From assembly GCA_037442025.1 (NCBI GenBank), contig JBBIRB010000010.1:4002-68001 (forward strand): 64,000 bases of DNA, given 5' to 3'. Numbering within the stretch: position 1 is the first letter of the stretch; each line of letters opens with the position of its first letter. This document shows positions 49,085 through 58,389 of the stretch, one piece after another. The notes under the pieces were generated by a model. It saw only the letters and a list, made by a program, of their open reading frames with translations, was not told the DNA's origin and ran no database searches. The position numbers and the translations under genes are program-made. The DNA is from Bacteroidales bacterium (GTDB lineage Bacteria; Bacteroidota; Bacteroidia; Bacteroidales; Tenuifilaceae).

Positions 49085-49216
49085 CTATTTATTCTTTTCG
49101 GGTTTGCAAAGTTTCTTCGATTTGTCGGACAGTAAACCGCACTTTTTACAAACGTAGTCGTTTTTTTTCGAATCGTTTTTTTTCAGTTCCCCCTTTTCGC
49201 AAAGTTTTTTTGCCAT
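49085..49216 (-). CDS. Small Cys4 protein (43 aa; below the ORF-track cutoff)
   Basis: The ATG at 49216 lies 2 nt after the stop of the upstream kinase gene. The translation is MAKKLCEKGELKKNDSKKNDYVCKKCGLLSDKSKKLCKPEKNK, with four Cys in a C...CxxC...C pattern. TAG is at 49085-49087, 10 nt before the murU-like start. Confidence 0.45.
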   Translation of the reverse strand: MAKKLCEKGELKKNDSKKNDYVCKKCGLLSDKSKKLCKPEKNK

Positions 49217-49218
49217 TT

Positions 49219-50652
49219 TTAACCCTCCAGTTCTCGGTGCTTAACTAGAACCCTTACTCCTTCCTGATTGTTAAAAAGTTCAGCCAGCCGGCTTGCCATA
49301 TAAACCGAACGGTGCTGCCCGCCAGTGCAACCAAATGCAATTTCTAAATGCTCAAATCCTCGCGATTTGTACACATCAATTGTGGCGCGAATTAAACTTA
49401 GGGTTGTATCGAAGAATTTTTCTACTTCCCTGTGCTTTGCCAAAAAATTGGCTGTTTTCTTGTCGAGACCCGTGAGTGTGGCAAATTCGGCTAGCCTACC
49501 GGGGTTTGGTAATCCGCGGCAATCGAATACAAATCCGCCTCCATGCACAGGGTGCTCACTGGGATAGCCCTTTTTGAATGAGAAACTCGATATGTGAATT
49601 GTTAATCCTTTAAAATTTGATTGCTCCGCTTCATTTAAGGTGTAATTATTCTGAAGTATTCTGCCAATGTTAGCCAAATGGGGCAACTCGTTTGCTAGGT
49701 TTTCGAGCAGTTCGTTTAGGTTCATTACAGCATTGGGAATGCTAAGTAGAAAATGGCTCTTTCTCTCGAAGAAACCTCTGTAGCCGTAAGCCCCCAGAAC
49801 CTGCAGGGTTCTGAAAAGGGCAAAGTATGGCATGAGCGACACGTATTTGTAAATATCAACCTCTCTCTTGCCGGCCAATTGTTCGAGGTAGCGCTGAAAT
49901 AATTCGTTTCGGATTTCCTTTGGAAAATTGGCTCTGGCCTGGTAAATAAACGATGCTATGTCGTATAGTGCTGGCCCAATTCGCCCCCCCTGGTAGTCGA
50001 TAAAATGGGGTAATCCACTTAAAATAATCACATTACGCGACTGGAAATCGCGATACATGAAGTAATCGGCAGGAGCCTGCAACAGTTTTTTGGAAAGGGT
50101 TTCAAAATCATTTTCCAAAGCATCGTCGTTAAATAGCGTGCCTGTGGGTTTCAGAAAGGAGTACTTGAAGTAGTTCAGATCCCAGAATATGCTTCGATTA
50201 TCGAATGGCCTATGCGAGTATAGCCTAGTAGAGTCGATGCCTTCGAAACCTTCGGTTTGAAACTTTACCAATTCATCAACGGTAAATAAAAGTAACTTTT
50301 TGGTCGGCAAAGCCGAGGGTTCATTCCAATTAACCACGTGCGATACCAAATCGAAAAGCGATTGATTGCCTAAGTCGTTTTGAAGGTAGTATAACCTATT
50401 GGACGAAACTGCCAATATTTGCGGAACTTTTAACCCAGCGTTCGCGAAATGGCTGGAGAGATAAATGAATGCCTCATTTTCTTCGGTAATAGGGTTGTAA
50501 ACCCCAATTAATGTTGTATCGCCATTGGTAAGTCTGTAATATTTTCTGTTTGAGCCCGACTCGGCAAGGGGAGAAATAGCCAACGGATTTAAGCCCGTTA
50601 CCTTTCGGAATAGTTTGCTTAACTCATCGGTTGCTTGCAATTGTATAGCCAT
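49219..50652 (-). CDS. AmgK-like anomeric amino-sugar kinase (APH fold) fused to a RapZ C-terminal domain
   Basis: The N-terminal ~335 aa have phosphotransferase motifs YRDFQSRNVII and FIDYQGGRIGPALYDIASF. The C-terminal ~135 aa read FDCRGLPNPGRL...LTGLDKKTANFL...EIAFGCTGGQHRSVYMASRLAELF, matching the RapZ/YvcJ C-terminal domain signature GCTGGxHRSV. Confidence 0.75.
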   Translation of the reverse strand: MAIQLQATDELSKLFRKVTGLNPLAISPLAESGSNRKYYRLTNGDTTLIGVYNPITEENEAFIYLSSHFANAGLKVPQILAVSSNRLYYLQNDLGNQSLFDLVSHVVNWNEPSALPTKKLLLFTVDELVKFQTEGFEGIDSTRLYSHRPFDNRSIFWDLNYFKYSFLKPTGTLFNDDALENDFETLSKKLLQAPADYFMYRDFQSRNVIILSGLPHFIDYQGGRIGPALYDIASFIYQARANFPKEIRNELFQRYLEQLAGKREVDIYKYVSLMPYFALFRTLQVLGAYGYRGFFERKSHFLLSIPNAVMNLNELLENLANELPHLANIGRILQNNYTLNEAEQSNFKGLTIHISSFSFKKGYPSEHPVHGGGFVFDCRGLPNPGRLAEFATLTGLDKKTANFLAKHREVEKFFDTTLSLIRATIDVYKSRGFEHLEIAFGCTGGQHRSVYMASRLAELFNNQEGVRVLVKHRELEG

Positions 50653-50655
50653 GGT

Positions 50656-51336
50656 TTATCCGAAAAAGTAGTATAATGGAATAATGAACAGCAAGGCTGG
50701 AATAAGGTTCATGACCTCAATTTTCTTAATATTTAGAATGCTAAGAGATAAACCAATAAGCATGATTCCACCGGTAGCTTCAATTTCGTTAATAAAAGGT
50801 TCGCTTATGGATGCACCAATCCAGAAACTTAGCAAACTTATGCTTCCCTGATATAAAATGAGAGGAATGGCCGAAAACAGAACCCCTATGCCCAGAGAGG
50901 CAGCAAGGGCAACTGCTGTAAATCCATCCATTAAACTTTTTATTAGTAGAAGCTGGGGGTGATTACCCATTCCTTCCTGAATCGCACCAAGTATAGCCAT
51001 CGATCCAACACAGTAAATAAGAAAAGCGGTCATTAATCCCTCGTTAAATTTTCCGCTTTGCATTTTCAATTTAATCTGCAAGAACGAACCGCTTTTTTCC
51101 ATCCTTTCCTGAAGGTTCAGAACAGTGCCTAAGAGCCCACCCAGAATTAAACTGAATACAACAAGTAGCGGATTCTGGGTTTTTATACTCATGGCAACCC
51201 CCAGAAACATAGTAAACAGCCCAATAACGTTGAAGAAAGTATTCGAAACCTTTGTGGGAATTCTCGAGCCCAGTAGCAATCCTATTGCCCCTCCCACCAC
51301 TATGGCTCCCGCATTTATTAACGTGCCAAAAATCAT
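50656..51336 (-). CDS. DUF554-family membrane protein
   Basis: 226-aa ORF. MIFGTLINAGAIVVGGAIGLLLG... and the repeated Gly-rich TM pattern are typical of DUF554 (YdfK/YqgA-like). Confidence 0.7.
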   Translation of the reverse strand: MIFGTLINAGAIVVGGAIGLLLGSRIPTKVSNTFFNVIGLFTMFLGVAMSIKTQNPLLVVFSLILGGLLGTVLNLQERMEKSGSFLQIKLKMQSGKFNEGLMTAFLIYCVGSMAILGAIQEGMGNHPQLLLIKSLMDGFTAVALAASLGIGVLFSAIPLILYQGSISLLSFWIGASISEPFINEIEATGGIMLIGLSLSILNIKKIEVMNLIPALLFIIPLYYFFG

Positions 51337-51443
51337 TGTAAGTAAATTTTTGTGCGAACTTAGTGATTTTTCGAATACTAAATTCGGTTGCTGTAAAAAG
51401 CACGTACTACGAGCAGCTCAATTATTTTTTCTATAGAATAAAA

Positions 51444-52493
51444 TTACATCTGGTTTTCTGCCGCAATAAATTCCTCGGCCTTTTCAACCATTGCTTTCGA
51501 ACCTACAACGAAGGGCACTCTTTGATGAAGGCCGATTGGCTTAATGTCGAGAATGCGTTGGGTTCCAGTTGAAGCCTTTCCTCCGGCTTGCTCGGCAAGG
51601 TATGCAATGGGATTGCATTCGTATATGAGACGGAGTTTCCCGTTGGGTGCCGATTTGGTTTCAGGGTACAGGAATATTCCGCCCTTAAGCAGGTTCCTAT
51701 GAAAGTCAGATACCAACGAGCCAATGTAACGCCCCGAGTAGGGTCGGTTCGTGGGTGTGTCGTCCTCCTGGCAGTATTTCACATACTTTTGAATGCCCAC
51801 GGGCATTTTACTTAGGTTTCCTTCGTTTACCGAATAAATAGTTCCGTTTTCAGGTGTTTTAATATTGAAGTGCGAGAGGCAAAATTCGCCAATCGATGTG
51901 TCGAGCGTAAAGCCGAAAACTCCTCGACCCGTAGTGTAAACCAATACGGTCGACGAGCCGTAAAGGATATAACCCGCTGCAACCTGCTTCGATCCTTCCT
52001 GTAAAAAGTCGGCCTCAGTGGCTGGAGTGCCCCTTGGTGAAACTCTCCGAAAAATGCTGAAAATGGTACCTATCGATACGTTAACATCAATATTCGACGA
52101 CCCGTCGAGGGGGTCCATACAAACAATGTAGTTCCCATCAACCGAAGGCTTGTCAGTAAGCACAATATATCCCTCGTCCTCTTCTGAACCTATTCCGCAG
52201 CATTCGCCCGATACTATGAGCGATTGCTTAAACCGCCAGTTAGCAAACACATCGAGTTTTTGCTGCTCTTCTCCCTGTATGTTAACATCGCCTGCTCGCC
52301 CAATAATATCAATAAGTCCGGCCTTGTTCACCTTTTTATTTACAACCTTAGCGGCTACTCCAATATGGTAAAGCAAACGGGTAAATTCTCCCGTTGCGTA
52401 AGGAACATTGGCCTGGCTTTCAATAATGAACTGCGTGAGCGTTTTAATGGTGTAGCCCTGAAGGCGCGAAACGATTTCGTGATCTTGCGACAT
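51444..52493 (-). CDS. fbp: Fructose-1,6-bisphosphatase class 1
   Basis: Metal/AMP motifs [13 protein letters not shown] and [22 protein letters not shown] prefer the ATG at 52493 (MSQDHEIV...) over the track start at 52553. Confidence 0.92.
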   Translation of the reverse strand: MSQDHEIVSRLQGYTIKTLTQFIIESQANVPYATGEFTRLLYHIGVAAKVVNKKVNKAGLIDIIGRAGDVNIQGEEQQKLDVFANWRFKQSLIVSGECCGIGSEEDEGYIVLTDKPSVDGNYIVCMDPLDGSSNIDVNVSIGTIFSIFRRVSPRGTPATEADFLQEGSKQVAAGYILYGSSTVLVYTTGRGVFGFTLDTSIGEFCLSHFNIKTPENGTIYSVNEGNLSKMPVGIQKYVKYCQEDDTPTNRPYSGRYIGSLVSDFHRNLLKGGIFLYPETKSAPNGKLRLIYECNPIAYLAEQAGGKASTGTQRILDIKPIGLHQRVPFVVGSKAMVEKAEEFIAAENQM

Positions 52494-52715
52494 ATAATTA
52501 GGGTTTGGCAAGTTGATGTTTGTGCTTAAAAAGTGAACTTGTCGAAATAACAATTATACAAAAATTATTGCTTTGCTCGCTAATTTTTCAGAATTAAAAC
52601 GTTTGCAAACATAGCTCATTGTATAAAAATGAAAAAGAGTTGCGTAAATATTTGCTTAAAATTGCCAATGTCGAAACTGTATAATAAGTTTGTTTCATCT
52701 TTATTTTTCGTAAAC

Positions 52716-53996
52716 ATGTCAACAAATAAAAATCTTCGAGTTTATAAGTTTGGAGGAGCTTCTGTAAAATCGGGCGAAGGCGTTAAGAACCTTGCCCAAA
52801 TTTTAAAGTTAACTTCAAATAACCTGATAGTGGTAGTTTCTGCAATGGGCAAAACTACGAATGCTCTCGAAAGGTTGTTAGACCATTATTTAACTTCAAC
52901 AGAAGGCCTTTGGGATAGTTTTGATGCATTGAAACAGTACCACTTGCAAATTGTAGAGGATCTCTTTCCTGCAGATACTACCAAATCAGTTCTAGATAGA
53001 ATAGGTAACTCATTTCGTGAGTTGGAATTAATGCTAAAAACAAAACCGCAGGGCGATTATAACTTCTATTACGACCAGGTAGTTTCGTATGGAGAGATTT
53101 TATCGACTCAAATTGTCTTTGAATATCTTAAAAACAAAGGTTTTAATATTCAATGGATTGATGCCCGAAAGGTACTGCGTTCCAACCCAAATTTTCGAGA
53201 AGGGATTATCGACATGGAACAGTCGCAGGCTTTTTGCAAAAGTACTTTCACTTTCGAAGGAGCTAGTGTTTATATTACCCAGGGATTTATTGCCGGAACG
53301 GCAAGTGGGCACACCACAACCCTTGGGCGCGAAGGATCGGACTATACCGCAGCACTACTAGCCAACCTTCTCGATGCAAGCGATGTAACAATTTGGAAGG
53401 ACGTGGAAGGGGTGCTGAATGCCGACCCTCGTATTTTCCCTAATACAGTGAAACTTAACGAAGTGTCGTTTAAGGAGGCGGTTGAGTTGGCTTACTGCGG
53501 AGCACAAATTATTCACCCAAAAACCATTAAGCCTCTTCAAAATAAAGGAATTCCGTTATACGTAAAATCTTTTTTAAATCCCTCCGCCAGTGGGTCTCGC
53601 ATCGTACCCGATGTTGAGGTGGAACAACTTCCTCCTATACTGGTATTAAAAACCAATCAGGTACTAATTTCGCTTACTCCCCGCGACTACTCATTTGTTA
53701 TTGAGGATTGCCTTAGCCGAATTTTTGCCATTTTCTACAAACAAAGGGTTAAGGTGAACATTGTGCAGAGTTCGGCCATTAGTTTCACAGTATGTGTTGA
53801 TAACGAGAAACACTTTTTACCGGGAGCAATGGCCGAGTTGGCCATCGATTTTACGGTACGTTACAACGAAAAGCTCGAATTGCTTACCATAAGGCATTAC
53901 ACCCGCGAGGTTATAAGCGAACTAACTCAAGGTAAAACCATATACCTACAGCAGCTTACCCGTAGCACTGCGCGTTTTGTGCTCGACGAGAGGTAG
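52716..53996 (+). CDS. Aspartate kinase
   Basis: VYKFGGASVKS, VVVSAMGKTTNAL, TLGREGSDYTAA and C-terminal ACT-like repeats. I prefer the ATG at 52716 (MSTNKNLR...). Confidence 0.88.
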   Translation: MSTNKNLRVYKFGGASVKSGEGVKNLAQILKLTSNNLIVVVSAMGKTTNALERLLDHYLTSTEGLWDSFDALKQYHLQIVEDLFPADTTKSVLDRIGNSFRELELMLKTKPQGDYNFYYDQVVSYGEILSTQIVFEYLKNKGFNIQWIDARKVLRSNPNFREGIIDMEQSQAFCKSTFTFEGASVYITQGFIAGTASGHTTTLGREGSDYTAALLANLLDASDVTIWKDVEGVLNADPRIFPNTVKLNEVSFKEAVELAYCGAQIIHPKTIKPLQNKGIPLYVKSFLNPSASGSRIVPDVEVEQLPPILVLKTNQVLISLTPRDYSFVIEDCLSRIFAIFYKQRVKVNIVQSSAISFTVCVDNEKHFLPGAMAELAIDFTVRYNEKLELLTIRHYTREVISELTQGKTIYLQQLTRSTARFVLDER

Positions 53997-54002
53997 TGGC
54001 AA

Positions 54003-54353
54003 TTAGCTATTGTTTTCCTTTACCCTAAAGCTTACAATTTTCGATATGAGTTTTAAGGGCAACGGTTTATTATGTGGAAATTGAACCGACCCTTTGGCCC
54101 ATTTGTACTCCAATAGTTCGGTGCGAAATGCTTCAACGCCCGATGGCGTGGGGTAAAATCCGATATGATTTTTATAGGCAGCAAAGTGAACCAGATTGCC
54201 ATTAAGGTAGAACGTTGGCATTCCGTAACTTATCTTCTCGCTTGCATTTGGGGCTTCGTTGCTTATAGCTGCCCGAAGCTCGTGTAACCGAACCTGAACC
54301 TCGGGAGGGAAAGTGCTAATGTATTCGTCGATAGTATGAAAGGGCATTGGCAT
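54003..54353 (-). CDS. DUF1801 (YdhG-like) domain protein
   Basis: 116-aa ORF. IDEYISTFPPEVQVRLHELRAAI...ISYGMPTFYLNGNLVHFAAYKNHIGFYP is the family pattern. Confidence 0.7.
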   Translation of the reverse strand: MPMPFHTIDEYISTFPPEVQVRLHELRAAISNEAPNASEKISYGMPTFYLNGNLVHFAAYKNHIGFYPTPSGVEAFRTELLEYKWAKGSVQFPHNKPLPLKLISKIVSFRVKENNS

Positions 54354-54389
54354 GATTATCCATTATTGTTTTTTTTCGCTGAATAATTA

Positions 54390-54884
54390 TTAGTTGGGTT
54401 TTACAGTGAAAAGCGCTTTATGACCAATAAAAGTGTTTTGGTTACTGTACGCCTCTATGCCTAAGGTGTAACTATGAACATGCTTTTGAAGGGTGCCAAG
54501 CGAATCCACATACCAAAGTTCTTTAAACTGAACTTTGCTAACCTTTTCGCGAGCAAAACCCTCGGTGGCTTCAATTTTTTTAACTTCATCGGTTGACAGC
54601 GGCTTCCCGTTGTAATAGTCGAATGCCCTAAACCGATTGGAATAAATACCATCGAAAATAAACGAAACAAACGCTTCGCGGTTAAGGTGTTTTAGCTGCT
54701 CAACTTCCCAAATATTCCCCTCATCGAGGGCACGAAGCATTACGTCGTATGTAATGGTGTCGGCAAGGGTAATTTGCGACTGAAGCAAGGTGGGTTTTTT
54801 ATCAGCCGTTGGGCTATTGTTACTACAGCATGAGTGTAGAAAGGTAAGAACGATAATTAAAAAGAACAATGGAATTCGATTCAT
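54390..54884 (-). CDS. Hypothetical lipoprotein
   Basis: The ATG at 54884 gives MNRIPLFFLIIVLTFLHSCC, a lipobox-type signal. I recognise no domain. Confidence 0.5.
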   Translation of the reverse strand: MNRIPLFFLIIVLTFLHSCCSNNSPTADKKPTLLQSQITLADTITYDVMLRALDEGNIWEVEQLKHLNREAFVSFIFDGIYSNRFRAFDYYNGKPLSTDEVKKIEATEGFAREKVSKVQFKELWYVDSLGTLQKHVHSYTLGIEAYSNQNTFIGHKALFTVKPN

Positions 54885-55063
54885 AGTTTTACTGTTTGTT
54901 GCCAATAAATTTATGACGAAATCGTTTTAAATCAAAATTGGTAAGAACTGAATTTGCTTAAATGGAAGTTGGTATACCTAAGTAGATATGAGCATTTTTA
55001 TACGCATTCCTTAATGATTTGGGCGCTAGCATATCTTTCAAGGTTCAACTTTTTACAAGTTAA

Positions 55064-55528
55064 ATGTTGAGGGAAAGAATATATATGGTAAAAATAAAAT
55101 CGACAGAAAATATGAAAAAAAGAATGCTAAAATCAACTATTCCTGTAATATTGGCTATAATGGAAGTGGTTATCCTGCTTGCAATTGCCAATTATATAAT
55201 TGACCCAAATGCATTTTTGAATATTTCAAAATGCGAAAACCAACAATTCTTTTTCGTAATTATTCCAATTGTTGCAGTATTGGGAATACTTGTTCAATTT
55301 TTTATTGCAATTCCTTTGTGGAATAGGTTTCGTGTAGAAAAAAAGGTAATTGGTATAAATCTTTTTCAATTCATTTTACTAATTACTCTGATTGGTGGGC
55401 TTGTCTTCGGGTTTTTATTTTGGGAAAGAGATTATGGTATTATTGAGTTCTGGCTTGTAACAGCCACTGGGGTTTCTGCAATTGGTGTGTATTGGGTGGC
55501 GAATGCTCTGGTAATGAGTCGGCTATAG
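55064..55528 (+). CDS. Hypothetical multi-pass membrane protein
   Basis: 154-aa ORF with four hydrophobic segments. The start is uncertain, since several in-frame Met codons are present. Confidence 0.4.
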   Translation: MLRERIYMVKIKSTENMKKRMLKSTIPVILAIMEVVILLAIANYIIDPNAFLNISKCENQQFFFVIIPIVAVLGILVQFFIAIPLWNRFRVEKKVIGINLFQFILLITLIGGLVFGFLFWERDYGIIEFWLVTATGVSAIGVYWVANALVMSRL

Positions 55529-56197
55529 TATACCCTGTTGTTCTGTAACACTAGGAAAATCATTTATTGAGGGTGTTGTTCTAATTGTGAAGTCGAAGTG
55601 AATAATTATTTCATTATTTACCCTAATGAACCCTAATGCAGCAACGGGAGCGTTTATTTCAAAATCGGACATCAGGAATTGCCTTGAACCCGTAAAACGA
55701 TACTCGTTTTCTTTTACCTTGTTCCAATCAACTTCAATTTCAACAATTTTGCATTTTCCACTTATTGTTATCGCAACGGTGGTTTTTAATGATCCTTTAT
55801 AAGAGGCCTTCGAATCGCCTAAAGGTTTGGCACTTATCAGTTCGGCTTCAATATTGGGAAATTTATCCGACTTCAACGCCTTTTGTAAATCTCTGCTCAT
55901 CAAGGGATTCTTACAGTCGAACGATGCAACTTTAATCCTTAACAAAGCATTTTTAAAATTTATATTACTCGTTTTGTCGTCATGGCTAATTGATAATAAA
56001 CCACTTGTTGAGTTGCTGTTTACTACACATTGAAAATCATTAAGATTGCTTGAGCCCGATAATACAATTGAACTGTTATCTCTAATGGAGTACTTTAGCA
56101 TACTGCTGGTTTTTGTTGCTGTATTGCTAACTAACAGAAGTATTAAAAGGCTATTAAGCATCGTTTTAATAATTAAAAAAAGAATGAGCATTCTCAC
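55523..56197 (-). CDS. YceI-like domain protein (divergent)
   Basis: 224-aa ORF with a signal peptide. It shows a YceI-like layout: SIVLSGSSNLNDFQC..., LRIKVASFDCKNPLMSRDLQKALKSDKFPNIEAEL and RFTGSRQFLMSDFEI. Confidence 0.5.
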   Translation of the reverse strand: MRMLILFLIIKTMLNSLLILLLVSNTATKTSSMLKYSIRDNSSIVLSGSSNLNDFQCVVNSNSTSGLLSISHDDKTSNINFKNALLRIKVASFDCKNPLMSRDLQKALKSDKFPNIEAELISAKPLGDSKASYKGSLKTTVAITISGKCKIVEIEVDWNKVKENEYRFTGSRQFLMSDFEINAPVAALGFIRVNNEIIIHFDFTIRTTPSINDFPSVTEQQGIL

Positions 56198-56231
56198 AAT
56201 TCCGAGAGAGTGCTCATTCTTTTAAAGGAGG

Positions 56232-57551
56232 TTAAAATCCAATAGCTGCTTCAATCATAAATCCGCTGAACTTAGCACCGTTTCGAATATCAGTTGCAGC
56301 AAAGTCCTTATAACTTTGCGTTACATACTCAAGTTTTAATAGCATGTTTTTAGTGGGAAACCAACCTGCAGCAAATTGCATACGGTCGATAGAAATGTCG
56401 TAGGGTGTTGTGGCATCTAATGTTCCGCTAACCATGTTATATCTTGCACCAACAAATACTTGTTCTCTTGGCATAAAGCGGTAAACAACCTCGCCTGCAA
56501 GTTGATTAAAACTGCGCGAAGGGGGATTTGGAGCTGCAGTAGTTAGCTGTCTAACACCGCTGGCAATCTCGTAAGTTCCAAAAATCTCTAACCCTTTAAA
56601 CTTTACAAATGGGTTAATTGAAATGGCAGTTACTTTATGTTGGAATGCAGGGTTAATTTGTCCCGATGTAAAGTTGTTTGCGGGAGTGGCAGTTTCTCCT
56701 TCAATAACCATGTAGTAACGCGAACCAGTTCTGTCGCCAGCATACAGTGTGTTACGGGTGGTACCGGCATTTGTGTAAATGCTTGCGGTAAGGCGTAGGC
56801 GTAAATCTTCGTTAATTTGCGAATCGTAACCAGCTTTTGCATAAATCGATGGGCTTTTTTTAAGTACATCGCCAGCATTTGGGTTGCCATTTGGGTAGTA
56901 GGCTTCTCTAACATCACCATTTATAAGCCCTCCGTTAATTCCAAGCATTACAAACACATTATTAATAGGGCGAACGTAAACTTCACCACCAATTTCGGTG
57001 GTAAATGCGTCCATAATGTAGTTGCCCACAAATGCATTCATAATAGTATTGCCATTGTCGCTGCGGCGGAAATGCTGGTCGCCGTAATTGGGCATGAAAT
57101 GACCAATTTTTACTGTTAGGTACTTGGAAAACCAGTCGGGGTTGCCAAACATGGGCAGTTTATCTACCTGAATGTAACCTCCCTTTACCCAAAATTCAGG
57201 ATGGTGGCGCGACGACATGTAATTCTCCAACGATACGCGAATTCCATCAGCCAGCTGAATGTCGAAGTTGAGGTTAGCTGTTGCTAAATTAAAACCAGCT
57301 GCCAAAGGATAAAGGTTAACCGCTGGCGTTGAAGTGTTACTATGCTTTAGCGATTGAAACTGCTGGGTGAAATTTCCGCCTACCTTCACTTTTAAACCTG
57401 TAAAATCAACCGTATCGGACTTATCTGTTTCAATAACATTTATCCCTTTTTGGTCGGCGGGACGTGCAAACTGAATTTTCTGCTTTTGAGCAAAAACTGG
57501 AAGCGAAAGCGTAGCAATTGCAATAATTGCCGAAAGAAATTTAATTTTCAT
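56232..57551 (-). CDS. Porin-like outer-membrane beta-barrel protein
   Basis: 439-aa ORF with signal MKIKFLSAIIAIATLSLPVFAQ. It has alternating beta-strand patterning and a C-terminal aromatic residue (...EAAIGF). Confidence 0.6.
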   Translation of the reverse strand: MKIKFLSAIIAIATLSLPVFAQKQKIQFARPADQKGINVIETDKSDTVDFTGLKVKVGGNFTQQFQSLKHSNTSTPAVNLYPLAAGFNLATANLNFDIQLADGIRVSLENYMSSRHHPEFWVKGGYIQVDKLPMFGNPDWFSKYLTVKIGHFMPNYGDQHFRRSDNGNTIMNAFVGNYIMDAFTTEIGGEVYVRPINNVFVMLGINGGLINGDVREAYYPNGNPNAGDVLKKSPSIYAKAGYDSQINEDLRLRLTASIYTNAGTTRNTLYAGDRTGSRYYMVIEGETATPANNFTSGQINPAFQHKVTAISINPFVKFKGLEIFGTYEIASGVRQLTTAAPNPPSRSFNQLAGEVVYRFMPREQVFVGARYNMVSGTLDATTPYDISIDRMQFAAGWFPTKNMLLKLEYVTQSYKDFAATDIRNGAKFSGFMIEAAIGF

Positions 57552-57594
57552 TGTAGTAGTTTTAGTTAGTTAATTTTTATTATTTGTTGGGAAC

Positions 57595-58179
57595 TTACTT
57601 TGCTTTTAGAACCACTTTGAAATTGAGGGTTACCTCATCGCCAGTTGTGAGCGCTCCAAACATGGCTGTTGGTGGCTCAACTTTATAATCGGTCATTTTT
57701 ATTTTTTTTGTGCCCGAAAACTCGATGTAGCCATTCGACATTACTTTGCCGGTTGCTTCGAGGCTAACAGTTTGGTTTACTCCGGCAATGGTCAATATGC
57801 CAGTCGTATTCACTTTGTACCCGGAAGCACTTTCCGATATTTTGTCTACTTTAGAAAGTTTATAGGTAATTCGTGGGTGTTTCTTCGAATTAAGCGCATC
57901 GTTAATTTTCGAGTTCATTATGCTCCCCTTCGAACTTTTAAACGATTGAGCATCAACTGTTACCTGAAGGTCTTGTATGTTGACAAGTTTCCCTCCCTCA
58001 ACTGTTACTTTAAAGGTTCCGTTTATTTTTTCGACTTCAGCAGTCCAATCGTGAAGATTCGATGTACCTGCTACCGACATGCTATGAGACGAAATTTCGA
58101 AAAGTGCTTGAGCCCTGATGCTAATGGGGAGAAATGCAACTGATACCAATAGCACCCATTTGAAAAAGGTGAGTTTCAT
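57595..58179 (-). CDS. YceI-family periplasmic (polyisoprenoid/lipid-binding-type) protein
   Basis: 194-aa ORF with signal peptide. HSMSVAGTSNLHDWTAEVEKINGTF, VDAQSFKSSKGSIMNSKINDALNSKKHPRITY and LTIAGVNQTV fit the YceI domain. Confidence 0.8.
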   Translation of the reverse strand: MKLTFFKWVLLVSVAFLPISIRAQALFEISSHSMSVAGTSNLHDWTAEVEKINGTFKVTVEGGKLVNIQDLQVTVDAQSFKSSKGSIMNSKINDALNSKKHPRITYKLSKVDKISESASGYKVNTTGILTIAGVNQTVSLEATGKVMSNGYIEFSGTKKIKMTDYKVEPPTAMFGALTTGDEVTLNFKVVLKAK

Positions 58180-58243
58180 ATTGTTTGTGTTTTGTTTTTG
58201 TTTAAATCCTGAAATGAAAATTGTTCAAAACGGTTCTATATAA

Positions 58244-58259
58244 AGCAACAAGCGAACCA
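58244..58259 (-). promoter_or_regulatory. Sigma-54 (-24/-12) promoter upstream of the YceI-porin-YceI operon
   Basis: The minus strand reads TGGTTCGCTTGTTGCT. The GG and GC dinucleotides have the canonical TGGCAC-N5-TTGCW spacing. The element lies about 65-80 nt upstream of the ATG at 58179. Confidence 0.6.
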
Positions 58260-58348
58260 TTTGTTCAGAACAAAGGTTCGCTTTTGTAGTAAGTAACAGT
58301 AATTCAATGGTATAAAAAGTTAGCGCGATGGTTTTATACCAGAAAAAA

Positions 58349-58386
58349 TCGACGGAAGTTCGTCGATTTCGACGAGAATTCGTCGG
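58349..58386. promoter_or_regulatory. Two tandem 18-bp palindromes, a candidate enhancer (UAS) for the adjacent sigma-54 activator
   Basis: TCGACGgaagttCGTCGA (58349-58366) and TCGACGagaattCGTCGg (58369-58386). Their centres are 20 bp apart and they lie about 90-130 bp upstream of the -24 element. Confidence 0.5.
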
Positions 58387-58389
58387 TGC

